Assembly (NCBI GenBank): GCA_003213595.1
Contig: QCMR01000001.1
Span: forward strand, 24,148 to 88,147
Direction of reading: 5' to 3'
Length of the DNA: 64,000 nucleotides
DNA from: SAR86 cluster bacterium AG-422-E19
GTDB taxonomy: Bacteria; Pseudomonadota; Gammaproteobacteria; Magnimaribacterales; AG-339-G14
A model generated the notes under the pieces. The model had not been told where the DNA came from and made no database searches. It saw only the letters and a program-made list of their open reading frames with translations. How positions within the stretch are numbered: position 1 is the stretch's first letter; each line of letters starts with the position of its first letter. Both the position numbers and the translations under genes were made by a program. This document shows, in pieces, positions 28,472-38,825 of this stretch.

Positions 28472-30026
28472 AAATCGCAAAATCAAAATCAAACGAGCTC
28501 TTGTCAGTGTTTCTAACAAAACCGGCATTGTAGATTTTGCAAAAAAACTCCATAACTTGAATATAGAAATCATATCGACAGGAGGAACAGAAAAATTATT
28601 GAGAAAAAATAAAATTCCAGTAGTTCCTGCTGAAAAATTTTCAGGTTCTCCTGAAATGATGGGTGGCAGAGTAAAAACATTGGTCCCACAAATTCATGGC
28701 GGGATTCTTTCTCGCCGAAAAGAAGATAGAGACGAAACAAAAAAACACGGTATCAAAGAAATTGATCTAGTTGTGGTGAATCTCTACCCGTTCGAAGAAA
28801 CAATAAAAAAACCTAACATTGAATTGGATGAAGCAATTGAAAATATTGATATTGGAGGTCCAACAATGTTGAGATCAGCCGCTAAAAATTTTTTCCATGT
28901 CGCTGTAATTTCGTCTCCAAATCTTTATGATTCATTTATCGCTGACTTAAAGAGTGAAAGTGGCAAGTGTTCATATGAAACTCGAAGAAAATTGTCTTTG
29001 AAAGCTTTTGAACATGTAGCAAATTATGACATTGCAATAGCAAACTTTTTATCAACTTATGATGATGAGGCTCCAGAAAACTTTTTCAGCAGTCATAAGC
29101 TTAAACAAGTATTACGGTATGGAGAAAATCCTCATCAGGAAGCAAATTTTTATATAAATTCTGGGTCTGTAGGAGCAGGCATCACTTCAGCAGAGCAAGT
29201 TCAAGGAAAAGAACTTTCTTACAATAATATTGCAGATACCGATGCAGCCATTGAATGCGTTTCAAATTTTAAAAAACCCTCTTGTGTCATTGTCAAGCAT
29301 GCAAATCCTTGTGGTGTGGCTTCAGGGAAGACATTGTTAGAAGCCTATGAGAAAGCTTTTTCTTGTGATGAAACCTCTGCATTTGGCGGCATTATTGCTC
29401 TCAATAAAGCACTTGATAAATTTACTGCGAAAAAAATTATCGATAATCAATTTGTTGAAGTTATAGCTGCACCAGCCATTAATCCTGCTGCAAAAAAAAT
29501 AATAGCTAGAAAGAAAAATGTACGTCTTTTATTAGTTAAAGATTTATTTCAAAAACCAATCGGATTTAAAACCCTAACTATGAACCAAGGTATTCTGGTC
29601 CAAAATGTTGATGACGGTGCGGTATCAAAAAAAGATCTCAAAGTAGTAACTAAGAAAAAACCAACTTCCAAACAAGTCAATGATGCTTTATTTGCTTGGC
29701 GTGTAGGAAAATATGTCAAATCCAATGCAATTGTTTATGCGAAAAATAATATGACTCTTGGTATAGGAGCGGGTCAAATGAGTAGAATCGATAGTGCTGA
29801 AATTGCCGTCAGTAAAGCCAAAAAAGCAGGTTTTAATCTTAAAGGAGCAACTATGGCTTCGGATGCATTTTTTCCATTTAGAGATAGCATTGATGAAGCT
29901 GCAAAGAATGGAATCCAATGTGTGATTCAACCTGGTGGATCGATAAGAGATAAAGAAGTTATTGCTGCAGCTAATGAAGCTAATATGATCATGTTTTTCA
30001 CCAGCATGCGTCACTTCAGACATTGA
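28464..30026 (+). CDS. purH: AICAR transformylase / IMP cyclohydrolase
   Basis: RALVSV, STGGT, GRVKTL, IDIGGP, YGENPHQ, KHANPCG, RHFRH. Confidence 0.97.
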   Translation: MAKNRKIKIKRALVSVSNKTGIVDFAKKLHNLNIEIISTGGTEKLLRKNKIPVVPAEKFSGSPEMMGGRVKTLVPQIHGGILSRRKEDRDETKKHGIKEIDLVVVNLYPFEETIKKPNIELDEAIENIDIGGPTMLRSAAKNFFHVAVISSPNLYDSFIADLKSESGKCSYETRRKLSLKAFEHVANYDIAIANFLSTYDDEAPENFFSSHKLKQVLRYGENPHQEANFYINSGSVGAGITSAEQVQGKELSYNNIADTDAAIECVSNFKKPSCVIVKHANPCGVASGKTLLEAYEKAFSCDETSAFGGIIALNKALDKFTAKKIIDNQFVEVIAAPAINPAAKKIIARKKNVRLLLVKDLFQKPIGFKTLTMNQGILVQNVDDGAVSKKDLKVVTKKKPTSKQVNDALFAWRVGKYVKSNAIVYAKNNMTLGIGAGQMSRIDSAEIAVSKAKKAGFNLKGATMASDAFFPFRDSIDEAAKNGIQCVIQPGGSIRDKEVIAAANEANMIMFFTSMRHFRH

Positions 30027-30027
30027 T

Positions 30028-31293
30028 ATGAAAGTTTTGGTAATAGGTTCTGGCGGAAGAGAACACGCGCTTGTTTGGAAACTTGCTCAAAGCAATTTGT
30101 GTGAAAAAGTTTTTGTTGCTCCTGGTAATGCCGGTACTGCTGATGAGCCAAAAACAGAAAACGTTGACTTAAGTACCGAAGATTTAGACGGACTATTAGA
30201 TTTTGCAAAAAACAAAGAAATTGATCTAACTATTGTCGGTCCTGAGGCTCCTTTAGTCTCTGGTCTGATTGATTTATTTGAAAAAAATAATTTGCTTTGT
30301 TTAGGTCCCAATAAACTTGCTGCGCAAATGGAAGGCTCAAAGATTTTCATGAAAGATGTTTTAAGGAAAGGAAATATTCCTACTGCAACTTATGAAGTAT
30401 TTTCAGATCCTGAACCTGCTAGAGATTATTTAGAAACATGCGATATCCCAATTGTCCTTAAAGCAGACGGCCTTGCAGGCGGGAAAGGTGTAATCGTTGC
30501 TTTTACTAGAGAAGAAGCCTTAGAAGCTTTGAACTCTCTAATGGTAGATCAAAAACTTGGTTCAGCAGGAGATAATCTTGTTATTGAAGAATTCCTTAAA
30601 GGCGAAGAAGCTAGCTTCATAGTTTTGTGTGATGGTGAAAATGTAATTCCTTTGGCAAGTTCTCAAGATCATAAACAAAGAGATGATGGTGACAAAGGTC
30701 CTAATACAGGTGGGATGGGAGCATATTCCCCTACTCCCTTAATTACTAAAGAACTGAATGAAGAAATTATGCAAGAAATAATTTATCCAACCTTGGCTGA
30801 ATTAAAACGAAGAAACATAGAATATAAGGGTTTTTTGTATGCTGGTTTGATGATAGATGATCAAGAAATTAAAGTCTTAGAATACAACTGTAGGTTTGGG
30901 GATCCAGAAACTCAACCGATATTAATGAGAATGAAGAGCGATTTTCTCAGCTTATGTTTAAAGGCTGCAAAACAAGAATTAAGGGGAGAACAAATCGAGT
31001 GGGATGAAAGATTTGCATTAGGTGTTGTAATGGCTTCAAAAGGCTATCCTGAAAAATATGAAACTGGTTTTCAAATCTTGGGTATAAGAGAAGAGAATGA
31101 AACTACAAAAGTATTTCATTGTGGAACAAAGAAAGAAGGAGAAGAGATTCTTTCGAATGGCGGTCGGGTTCTTTGTGTTACTGGATTAGGAAATGATTTA
31201 GATACTGCTTTTGAAAAAGCTTATGAAGCTACTTCTGAAATTAGTTGGAGTGGCGCTTTTTACAGAAAAGATATTGGAAAAAGAAATCAGTAA
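30028..31293 (+). CDS. purD: Phosphoribosylamine-glycine ligase
   Basis: GSGGREHA, KADGLAGGKGV, QDHK, NTGGMGAY, RFGDPE. Confidence 0.97.
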   Translation: MKVLVIGSGGREHALVWKLAQSNLCEKVFVAPGNAGTADEPKTENVDLSTEDLDGLLDFAKNKEIDLTIVGPEAPLVSGLIDLFEKNNLLCLGPNKLAAQMEGSKIFMKDVLRKGNIPTATYEVFSDPEPARDYLETCDIPIVLKADGLAGGKGVIVAFTREEALEALNSLMVDQKLGSAGDNLVIEEFLKGEEASFIVLCDGENVIPLASSQDHKQRDDGDKGPNTGGMGAYSPTPLITKELNEEIMQEIIYPTLAELKRRNIEYKGFLYAGLMIDDQEIKVLEYNCRFGDPETQPILMRMKSDFLSLCLKAAKQELRGEQIEWDERFALGVVMASKGYPEKYETGFQILGIREENETTKVFHCGTKKEGEEILSNGGRVLCVTGLGNDLDTAFEKAYEATSEISWSGAFYRKDIGKRNQ

Positions 31294-31296
31294 ATT

Positions 31297-32079
31297 TTAG
31301 ACAAGTATTTCTCGAAGTGCTTTGCCTGGACTTGGCTCTCGCATGAAACTTTCGCCAATGAGGAAGGAATGAATGCCTTGCTCTTTAGAAGATAAGATAT
31401 CTTCTCTTGAACTAATACCGCTTTCAGAAACCACAATCACATCTTTAGATATTTGCTTAGCTAGTTCTGTCGCTAAATTTTTATCGACCTCAAAGGTAGT
31501 GAGATCTCTATTATTAATACCTAATAATCTTGGACCGACAGACAAAGCTATATTCAATTCATCTTCTGAGTGAACTTCGATCAAAACATCCAGATTTAAC
31601 TCTTCTGCTAACTGAGAAAAGTCCTTCAATTGAACTAAATCAAGAGCAGCAACTATCAAAAGTATACAGTCTCCTCCTGAAGCCTTTGTCTCATATATTT
31701 GATAAGGATCAATCATGAAATCTTTTCTTAAAATTGGTAATGCACAGGTATTCCTTACTATGTCGAGGTACTCCAATTTTCCTTGAAAAAATGGTTCGTC
31801 TGTGAGGATACTTAAAGAAGTTGCGCCATTTGTTTCATAATCTTCTGCAATTTCTTTCGGCTCAAAGTCTTGCCTTATAAGGCCTTTGCTGGGCGATGCC
31901 TTTTTGATTTCAGCAATAATAGCGGTTTCTTCCTTAGAAACCTTCGTCGAAATTGATTCAATAAAGCCTCTTTTCTCATATTTTTCAAAGTCTTCCTCTA
32001 AAGAAGAAATCGGCCTATAAGAACTAGACTTTTTAACTGTTTCTTTAGTAGTTTCTATTATTTTATTAAGCTGATTCAT
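31297..32079 (-). CDS. trpC: Indole-3-glycerol phosphate synthase
   Basis: IAEIKKASPSKG, LRKDF, GINNRDL, SESGI. Confidence 0.96.
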   Translation of the reverse strand: MNQLNKIIETTKETVKKSSSYRPISSLEEDFEKYEKRGFIESISTKVSKEETAIIAEIKKASPSKGLIRQDFEPKEIAEDYETNGATSLSILTDEPFFQGKLEYLDIVRNTCALPILRKDFMIDPYQIYETKASGGDCILLIVAALDLVQLKDFSQLAEELNLDVLIEVHSEDELNIALSVGPRLLGINNRDLTTFEVDKNLATELAKQISKDVIVVSESGISSREDILSSKEQGIHSFLIGESFMREPSPGKALREILV

Positions 32080-33097
32080 TAAAATTATTAGAAAAAGTAG
32101 CTAATTCCTTAAGCTTATCAAAGCCTGATCCAGACTTTATTATGTCAATTGCAATCTCAAATGCTTTTTCAAAGCTAGTTACTAAGTCAGAAACATAAAT
32201 TACAGCAGCGGAGTTTAAACTTGTTATATCTTCGCCCGATTTAAAGCCTTTATTTTGGAGAGTTGTTTTTATGAGATCTAGACTTTGTGATGGAGAGTCT
32301 ATTTGAAGATCATTTAAATCATCATGATGAATATCAAAATCTTTTGGATCAATTTCATACTCTTTAATTTTATTATTTTCCAATTCCGCCACAAATGTTT
32401 TATCTACTGAACTAATTTCATCAAGACCATCTTTTGAATGAAAAACCATCGCTTTAATTGTTCCAAGATTTTTTAGAGTTTCTGCAACAGGCAAAACCCA
32501 TTTAGGATCATAAACCCCAATACATTGTCTTTTTGCACCTGCAGGATTGGTAAGTGGTCCAAGCAAATTAAAAATAGTCTTATCAGCAATTTGTTTTCTT
32601 ACTGGCATGACAAATTTCATTCCTGGATGAAAATTTTGAGCGAACATAAATCCAATTCCAATTTCCTCAATACATTTAGCAACTTGATTTGGACTAAGAC
32701 TCAAATTTACATCAGCTGCTTCTAAAACGTCAGCACTGCCACTTTTACCAGTTGCTGTCCTGTTACCGTGTTTTGCAATTTTTATTTTTGCTGCTGCTGA
32801 TACCAAAGCTGCAGTTGTAGATACGTTCATCATACTTTTTCCAAGTCCTCCTGTTCCACAACAGTCAACAAGATTATCTTTCTCTTTCAAATCAACTTTT
32901 AAAGACGCAGCTCTCATTGCTAGGACAGCTCCAGTTAATTCATCTGATGTTTCTCCTTTTCTAGAAAGACTAAGAAGAAAGTTTTCAATATCTTGTTCTG
33001 AAATCTTTCCAACAAAAATTTCTTGCATGACATATGCAGTTTCTTCCTGAGAAAGATTTTTTGAGGAAACTTTAGATATGATTTCAGTTGAATTCAT
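32066..33097 (-). CDS. trpD: Anthranilate phosphoribosyltransferase
   Basis: DCCGTGG, NVST, KHGNR, FNLLGPLTNP, DGLDE. Confidence 0.96.
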   Translation of the reverse strand: MNSTEIISKVSSKNLSQEETAYVMQEIFVGKISEQDIENFLLSLSRKGETSDELTGAVLAMRAASLKVDLKEKDNLVDCCGTGGLGKSMMNVSTTAALVSAAAKIKIAKHGNRTATGKSGSADVLEAADVNLSLSPNQVAKCIEEIGIGFMFAQNFHPGMKFVMPVRKQIADKTIFNLLGPLTNPAGAKRQCIGVYDPKWVLPVAETLKNLGTIKAMVFHSKDGLDEISSVDKTFVAELENNKIKEYEIDPKDFDIHHDDLNDLQIDSPSQSLDLIKTTLQNKGFKSGEDITSLNSAAVIYVSDLVTSFEKAFEIAIDIIKSGSGFDKLKELATFSNNFNESA

Positions 33098-33660
33098 ATT
33101 GTATTTAAAAAATTAGAAAGAAGTTTTTTCCCATCTTCGGTCATGATTGATTCTGGATGAAACTGAACTCCACTCACATTCAATTTGCAATGTTGAATTC
33201 CCATGATAGAACCATCAACAGTTCTCGCGTTAATAATAAAATCTTCTGAAAGGGTTTTTTCCTCAATGACCAAAGAGTGATATCTGGTTGCAGTGAAATT
33301 ATCAGGTATGCCTTCAAATAAGAAATTGCCATCGTGCTGTATTTCAGAGGTTTTGCCATGCATAAGTTCTTTAGCTTTTATGATATTTGCACCAAAGACT
33401 GCGCCAATGGCTTGATGTCCCAAACATACGCCTAAAATAGGCTTATTTTCCTTAAAAGAATCAATAACTTCCATCGATATCCCAGACTCTTTTGGGGTAC
33501 AAGGTCCTGGAGAAATTACAATATATTTAGGATCCAATTTCTTTATTTCTTCTATCGTTATTTGGTCGTTTCTGAAAGTTTTAACCTCCTGCCCTAACTC
33601 TCCAAAGTACTGAACAAGGTTATAAGTAAAAGAGTCGTAATTGTCGATCATCAATAACAT
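33094..33660 (-). CDS. trpG: Anthranilate synthase component II (glutamine amidotransferase)
   Basis: IDNYDSFTYNL, SPGP, GVCLGHQ, QFHPE. Confidence 0.95.
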   Translation of the reverse strand: MLLMIDNYDSFTYNLVQYFGELGQEVKTFRNDQITIEEIKKLDPKYIVISPGPCTPKESGISMEVIDSFKENKPILGVCLGHQAIGAVFGANIIKAKELMHGKTSEIQHDGNFLFEGIPDNFTATRYHSLVIEEKTLSEDFIINARTVDGSIMGIQHCKLNVSGVQFHPESIMTEDGKKLLSNFLNTI

Positions 33661-35112
33661 TCAAGAACCTATATTGTTAATTGCTTTGACTATTGCCATT
33701 GATTTATTATTTACTTCTTCCCATTCCTGCTCTGCAACAGAATCGGCAACTATGCCTCCACCTGCTCCAACATATATTTTTTTATCTTTGATGACAGCAC
33801 TTCTGATGACAATAGCAGTATCCATATTACCTGACCAAGATATGTACCCTACTGCACCGCCATATATTCTTCTTCTTGAAACTTCTAGTTCATCAATAAT
33901 TTCCATAGCCCTGACTTTGGGGGCACCTGTTAGAGTTCCTGCCGGGAAAGTTGCTCTTAGTGCGTCTATCGGAGAAATATTGTCTCTAACCTTTCCGACT
34001 ACATTGGAGACCAGATGCATTACATGAGAGTATCTTTCAATAATCATTTTTTCATTAGTATTTACTGACCCAATTTCTGCAACTCTTCCGATATCGTTGC
34101 GACCTAAATCTATTAGCATTAAATGTTCCGCCAATTCTTTAGGATCATTTTTGAGTTCGTCCTCAAGTTGTTGGTCTTCTTTTTCATTTTTTCCTCTAGG
34201 TTTAGTTCCAGCAATTGGTCTGACGGTAATATCGCCATGCTCAAGTCTTACTAATATTTCTGGAGATGATCCAACTAGTTGGTAATCTCCAAAATCCAAG
34301 AAAAACATGTAAGGAGAAGGATTTAATTTTCTTAGAGATTTGTAGAGTTCAAAAGGAGGAAGATCAAAATCTGCCGATCTTTCTTGAGCAAAGACGACCT
34401 GCATTACGTCTCCCTCAATTATATAGTCCTTTATTTTTTCAATACACTTTGTGTATTGTTCGAAATTCATATTTGATTTGAAAGTTATTTCATTTTTGGA
34501 TGTAACTTCTTCAGTTTTTCTATCATCTTGAGATTCTAGTCTTTCAATCAACTTATCAATCTCGCTAAATGTTTCTGAGTATGAATTTTCAATATTTGGA
34601 TTTGAATAAAAAACAACTTCTAAAGTTTTTTTTAGGTTATCAAAAATCATCACTTTGTCAGATATAAGTAAATTTATATCTTCTATTTCATGAGCTTCAT
34701 TTTTTGAAGTATTCTGAAGTTTAGTTTCTATTAGCCTAATCGATTCGTAACCAAAAAAACCAACTAATCCTCCTGAAAAAATTGGTAAATTTCCTGTATC
34801 TGGGTAAAAATTTTCTTCTAAATAATTTTCAATAAATTTTAAAGGTTCAGATGACGAAATTTTTTCTTCATCACCATTTAGATTTAGAAAAATTTCAGAA
34901 TTCTTAACTTTAATTGAAGATTCAGAGGGTAATCCAATAATCGAATATCTACCCCATTTCATGTCAACTTCTGCAGATTCTAGAAAATAAGAGCCTTTTG
35001 ACTTAAATTTATCAAAAATATCAATGGGTATAAGCTTTTCAGCCTTAATTTTCTTTGATAAAGGTACACGATTATATGTACCTTTTTGACTGTAGAATTC
35101 CTTTTCTTTCAT
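33661..35112 (-). CDS. trpE: Anthranilate synthase component I
   Basis: LESA, NPSPYM, RPIAGT, EHLMLIDLGRND, GAPKVRAM. Confidence 0.95.
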   Translation of the reverse strand: MKEKEFYSQKGTYNRVPLSKKIKAEKLIPIDIFDKFKSKGSYFLESAEVDMKWGRYSIIGLPSESSIKVKNSEIFLNLNGDEEKISSSEPLKFIENYLEENFYPDTGNLPIFSGGLVGFFGYESIRLIETKLQNTSKNEAHEIEDINLLISDKVMIFDNLKKTLEVVFYSNPNIENSYSETFSEIDKLIERLESQDDRKTEEVTSKNEITFKSNMNFEQYTKCIEKIKDYIIEGDVMQVVFAQERSADFDLPPFELYKSLRKLNPSPYMFFLDFGDYQLVGSSPEILVRLEHGDITVRPIAGTKPRGKNEKEDQQLEDELKNDPKELAEHLMLIDLGRNDIGRVAEIGSVNTNEKMIIERYSHVMHLVSNVVGKVRDNISPIDALRATFPAGTLTGAPKVRAMEIIDELEVSRRRIYGGAVGYISWSGNMDTAIVIRSAVIKDKKIYVGAGGGIVADSVAEQEWEEVNNKSMAIVKAINNIGS

Positions 35113-35520
35113 TTAATTTAGGATTAGTTTTGAATTATCCTTAACATTGTGTGAAGAAAACCAGCCTCTGGATAGTTCTAAAGCATATTTAGCAGGTTCA
35201 GATGAACAAACAGAATTAAGCGATCTTGGAGATAATTCCTTTACTTCAATCAAAGTCATATCTTCTCTAAAGAAACCAAGGTCTAAAGGAATATAAGTAT
35301 TTTTCATCCACATGCATCTCTTACCTGCATTTTTCCAAACGAACAACATTCCATCTGAATTTGATAAATCTTTTCTATACATGAGACCTTTTGATTTTTC
35401 TCTCTGAGAAATAGCCAATTCTACGCATAAATTTAATTTCTCAATAGAAACTGAACTACATTGTTTATCAGAACTAGCTAAAACTGGAGCCAGTAAAAGG
35501 AGAAAAAGTAATTTAATCAA
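35113..35520 (-). CDS. DUF192 family protein
   Basis: GLMYR...GMLF...WMKNT.IPLD...YALEL. Confidence 0.9.
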   Translation of the reverse strand: MIKLLFLLLLAPVLASSDKQCSSVSIEKLNLCVELAISQREKSKGLMYRKDLSNSDGMLFVWKNAGKRCMWMKNTYIPLDLGFFREDMTLIEVKELSPRSLNSVCSSEPAKYALELSRGWFSSHNVKDNSKLILN

Positions 35521-36181
35521 TTAGAGATTTTAAATTTGAGATTGTGTCTTGGTAATCTTTTGTTTTAAAAATAGCAGAACCTGCAACAAAAGTATCGGCA
35601 CCTGCCTTGGAAACTTCTGAAATATTTTCTTTTGAAATTCCTCCATCTACTTCTAACCTAATTTCTTTATCTAGTGAATCTATTTTCTTTCTTAGCTTTT
35701 TAATTTTAGGTATTGTTGAATCAATGAACTTTTGTCCTCCAAAACCAGGGTTAACACTCATTAGTAAAACCAAATCTAATTCAGGCAGAATTGAATTAAT
35801 TGTGCTTAACGGTGTAGCTGGATTAAGAACCATACCAGCTTTTAAATCATAATTTTTTATCGTTTGAACACATTTGTGAATATGTTCAGTTGCTTCTGGA
35901 TGAAAACTTATAACAGATGCGCCTGCTTCAGCAAAATCATCAATCAGTCTTTCTACTGGCTTTACCATCAAATGAACATCTATTGGGGCTTTTATTCCAT
36001 AATCAATTAAGGACTTACACACCATAGGACCAATTGTAAGGTTGGGTACATAGTGATTATCCATTACATCAAAGTGAACCCAATCAGCACCAGCCGATAA
36101 TACATCATCAACTTCTTTACCTAGCTGCGAAAAGTCTGCAGATAAAATTGATGGAGCAATTACATTCTTTTGTTTAGCCAT
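35513..36181 (-). CDS. rpe: Ribulose-phosphate 3-epimerase
   Basis: [34 protein letters not shown]. Confidence 0.97.
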   Translation of the reverse strand: MAKQKNVIAPSILSADFSQLGKEVDDVLSAGADWVHFDVMDNHYVPNLTIGPMVCKSLIDYGIKAPIDVHLMVKPVERLIDDFAEAGASVISFHPEATEHIHKCVQTIKNYDLKAGMVLNPATPLSTINSILPELDLVLLMSVNPGFGGQKFIDSTIPKIKKLRKKIDSLDKEIRLEVDGGISKENISEVSKAGADTFVAGSAIFKTKDYQDTISNLKSLID

Positions 36182-36194
36182 AAACAGAAGTTTA

Positions 36195-36854
36195 CTATTC
36201 GACTACTAACCCGTCTAACAAGTTCAACTCTTTTTTTGAGTTTAAATTTATTAAATCACCTGAATAAATCTCTCCTGTAACTTCATTTTGTTTTACATAT
36301 TTTTGAAGTAAATCAGTCCACAAATCATAATAATCCTCTTTTAAACCTTTAAAAATTTTTGGATTTACTACAGCAATGCCTGCATAAGTTAAATTATTTT
36401 TTGTTTTTGAATTTTTTACGATGCCAGCTTCAAGATATGCATCTTTTGATTTTTTTTCTCTAACGAAAATTAAATGAGCCGCTTTTTTCAATTTAAAGTC
36501 TAAAAATTTTTCAATAGGATAATCACTCCAAAGATCTCCGCTAATTAACAAAAAAGGTTCTTTTTGAATAATCTTTTTAGCTGTTACTAAAGCCCCGCCA
36601 GTACCTTTTATTTCTTCCTCATGAGAATAAGTGATTTTTAAACCATATTTTTTCCCTGAACCCACCGATCTAACAATTTTATTTGATAGATAGTGAGTAT
36701 TTATGACTATATTTTTGAAACCTGCCTTTCTGATCTTTAAAAGGTTCCAATGAATAAGAGGCTTTTTTTTAATTTTTATTAATGGCTTAGGTAATTTTTT
36801 TGTAAAAGGTCTTAGCCTTTTTCCAAAACCAGCTGCCAAAATAAAAATTTTCAT
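36195..36854 (-). CDS. murU: MurNAc-1-phosphate uridylyltransferase-like nucleotidyltransferase
   Basis: [12 protein letters not shown]...PKPL; follows amgK. Confidence 0.75.
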   Translation of the reverse strand: MKIFILAAGFGKRLRPFTKKLPKPLIKIKKKPLIHWNLLKIRKAGFKNIVINTHYLSNKIVRSVGSGKKYGLKITYSHEEEIKGTGGALVTAKKIIQKEPFLLISGDLWSDYPIEKFLDFKLKKAAHLIFVREKKSKDAYLEAGIVKNSKTKNNLTYAGIAVVNPKIFKGLKEDYYDLWTDLLQKYVKQNEVTGEIYSGDLINLNSKKELNLLDGLVVE

Positions 36855-37870
36855 AGTGTTTTTAACCTTTGCTCCAAAATAGGTATTAAATTTTTAAAGA
36901 AATCACTATATCGTTTTGTCTCATCGTATTCTAAAGAAGTAGTCATTAAATATTTAAGAATGATCTTAAAATCTTTCAATCTAGCTGACCTTTTTAATTC
37001 TAAAAATACTTGAGATAATTTACCTAAAATCCTTGTCTGTCTTTGAAGACTAGCAATATCAACCATTCTTTTTACTTCTGCAGTTTTAAGTGAGGCAGTT
37101 TTAACAATTTGAGAATTTTCAACATAAAAATCAAGCCATTCTGATATTTCTTCTTTTGTCCACTTCTGGTAGAGATCTTTGAAGATGGAAGCTAAATCTA
37201 TGCCCAAAGGTCCTATCAATGCATCTTGAAAATCAATTACACCAATTTTTTTTTCTGACAATGAAATTAGATTTCTTGATTCAAAGTCATAATGATTTAT
37301 GACCTTTGGATTATCTTTAAGCTCAGAGATGATTATCGAATAAAATTCATCAATTTCTTCTTTTAAGTTTTCTAGCTCAGTTACTTCTAAAAACTCTTCT
37401 AAAAAGAATCTTTTAAATAGGTATAAATTATTTTCTGTAATTTTTTCAAAATCAGAAAATATCCTTTCGTCTGGCTTTATTACTTCAATTTTATGAATTT
37501 GTTCTATAGCTAATTTGATTAATTTGTTTGAATTTTTCTCATTCAAGTAAAATTGCAAAACGTCATCGCCAAAATCTTCAACGATCAAATTTCCAAGCGA
37601 GTCATTTTTAAAATAAATGACTGGCACATTAACATTTGCCTTTTTAAAAATTTCTGCTTTTGTGTAAAAAGACTCAATACTTTCATCTATTCCCTCAGGA
37701 ACCACCATTAATATCGAGCTTTTATCTTTGAAAGGAATTCGAAAAAATGTCCTTTGACTGGACTCTATTCGAAGTTTTTGGCCTTTAGAGAGAATCTCTT
37801 CATTTGACACACCAATACTCTCTGATATCCAATTCAGGGATTCAGCAGAAATATCGCCTGACTGAATCAA
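36851..37870 (-). CDS. amgK: Anomeric MurNAc/GlcNAc kinase-like phosphotransferase
   Basis: SQRTFFR, EDFGD, HYDFESRNL, IDFQDA; amgK-murU near lptD as in Pseudomonas. Confidence 0.75.
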   Translation of the reverse strand: MIQSGDISAESLNWISESIGVSNEEILSKGQKLRIESSQRTFFRIPFKDKSSILMVVPEGIDESIESFYTKAEIFKKANVNVPVIYFKNDSLGNLIVEDFGDDVLQFYLNEKNSNKLIKLAIEQIHKIEVIKPDERIFSDFEKITENNLYLFKRFFLEEFLEVTELENLKEEIDEFYSIIISELKDNPKVINHYDFESRNLISLSEKKIGVIDFQDALIGPLGIDLASIFKDLYQKWTKEEISEWLDFYVENSQIVKTASLKTAEVKRMVDIASLQRQTRILGKLSQVFLELKRSARLKDFKIILKYLMTTSLEYDETKRYSDFFKNLIPILEQRLKTL

Positions 37871-37874
37871 AGCT

Positions 37875-38735
37875 TCAGGAGTCTATCGCTGCCTGAGGGG
37901 GAGGAATGTCATCTGGCACAAAAAAATCTGGCGCTAACTGAGCAAAAGGTACTTCCGCATATTTTGAAAAGTCTTTCACTCCATTATCGGCTAACAAATT
38001 ATCATCTATACAAAAGTTACCCGTGAACTCTTTAGAGTCTTTTGTGAGGATTACATAGGCAGCATCTGCCATAATTTCTGGAGTTCGAGAGACTTTAACA
38101 GTTTCGTCTCCGCCAAGTATGTTTTTTACTGCTGCGGTTGCAATAGCGGTTCTGGGCCACAAAGCATTTACTGCAACACCTTGTTCTTTAAATTCTTCTG
38201 CCATTCCCAATACACAAAGACTCATCCCAAATTTAGCAATCGAGTAAGCCACACTATTTGCAAACCACTTGGGATTCATATCCAAAGGTGGAGATAAATT
38301 TAAAATATGTGGATTTTCAGCTTTTAGCAAAAAAGGTAGACACTTCTTTGAAGTTAAAAAAGTTCCCCTTGTATTTATTTGGTTCATTAAATCATATCTT
38401 TTCATGTCGGTTTGGAGGGTATTAGTCAATTGAATAGCACTAGCATTATTCACACATATATCAATCCCTCCAAAATGATCAGCTCCCTTGTTCACAGCTT
38501 CCTCCAATTGATCTTCAAACCTGACATCACATAGAACAGGAAAAGCCTTTCCTCCAGCTTCTTCAATTTCTTCAGCGGCTGTATAAATTGTTCCTGGAAG
38601 TTTTGGGTGCGGTTCAGCTGTTTTAGCAGCTAAAATCACGTTTGCTCCATCTTCAGCAGCTTTTTTAGCAATTGCTAGTCCAATTCCTCTAGAGGCTCCT
38701 GAAACGAATAAAGTTTTGTTTGTTAATTTGCTCAT
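37875..38735 (-). CDS. Short-chain dehydrogenase (HSDL2-like)
   Basis: GASRGIG, KTAEPHPKLPGTI, NNASAI, YSIAK. Confidence 0.88.
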   Translation of the reverse strand: MSKLTNKTLFVSGASRGIGLAIAKKAAEDGANVILAAKTAEPHPKLPGTIYTAAEEIEEAGGKAFPVLCDVRFEDQLEEAVNKGADHFGGIDICVNNASAIQLTNTLQTDMKRYDLMNQINTRGTFLTSKKCLPFLLKAENPHILNLSPPLDMNPKWFANSVAYSIAKFGMSLCVLGMAEEFKEQGVAVNALWPRTAIATAAVKNILGGDETVKVSRTPEIMADAAYVILTKDSKEFTGNFCIDDNLLADNGVKDFSKYAEVPFAQLAPDFFVPDDIPPPQAAIDS

Positions 38736-38825
38736 AAAAGTTCCTTTTTAAAAGAATTATTTTAAACAGAATTAAAATTCTGTATATCTCTAATATTAAA
38801 TACTTTTAAAGGTAAAATAGCATTC

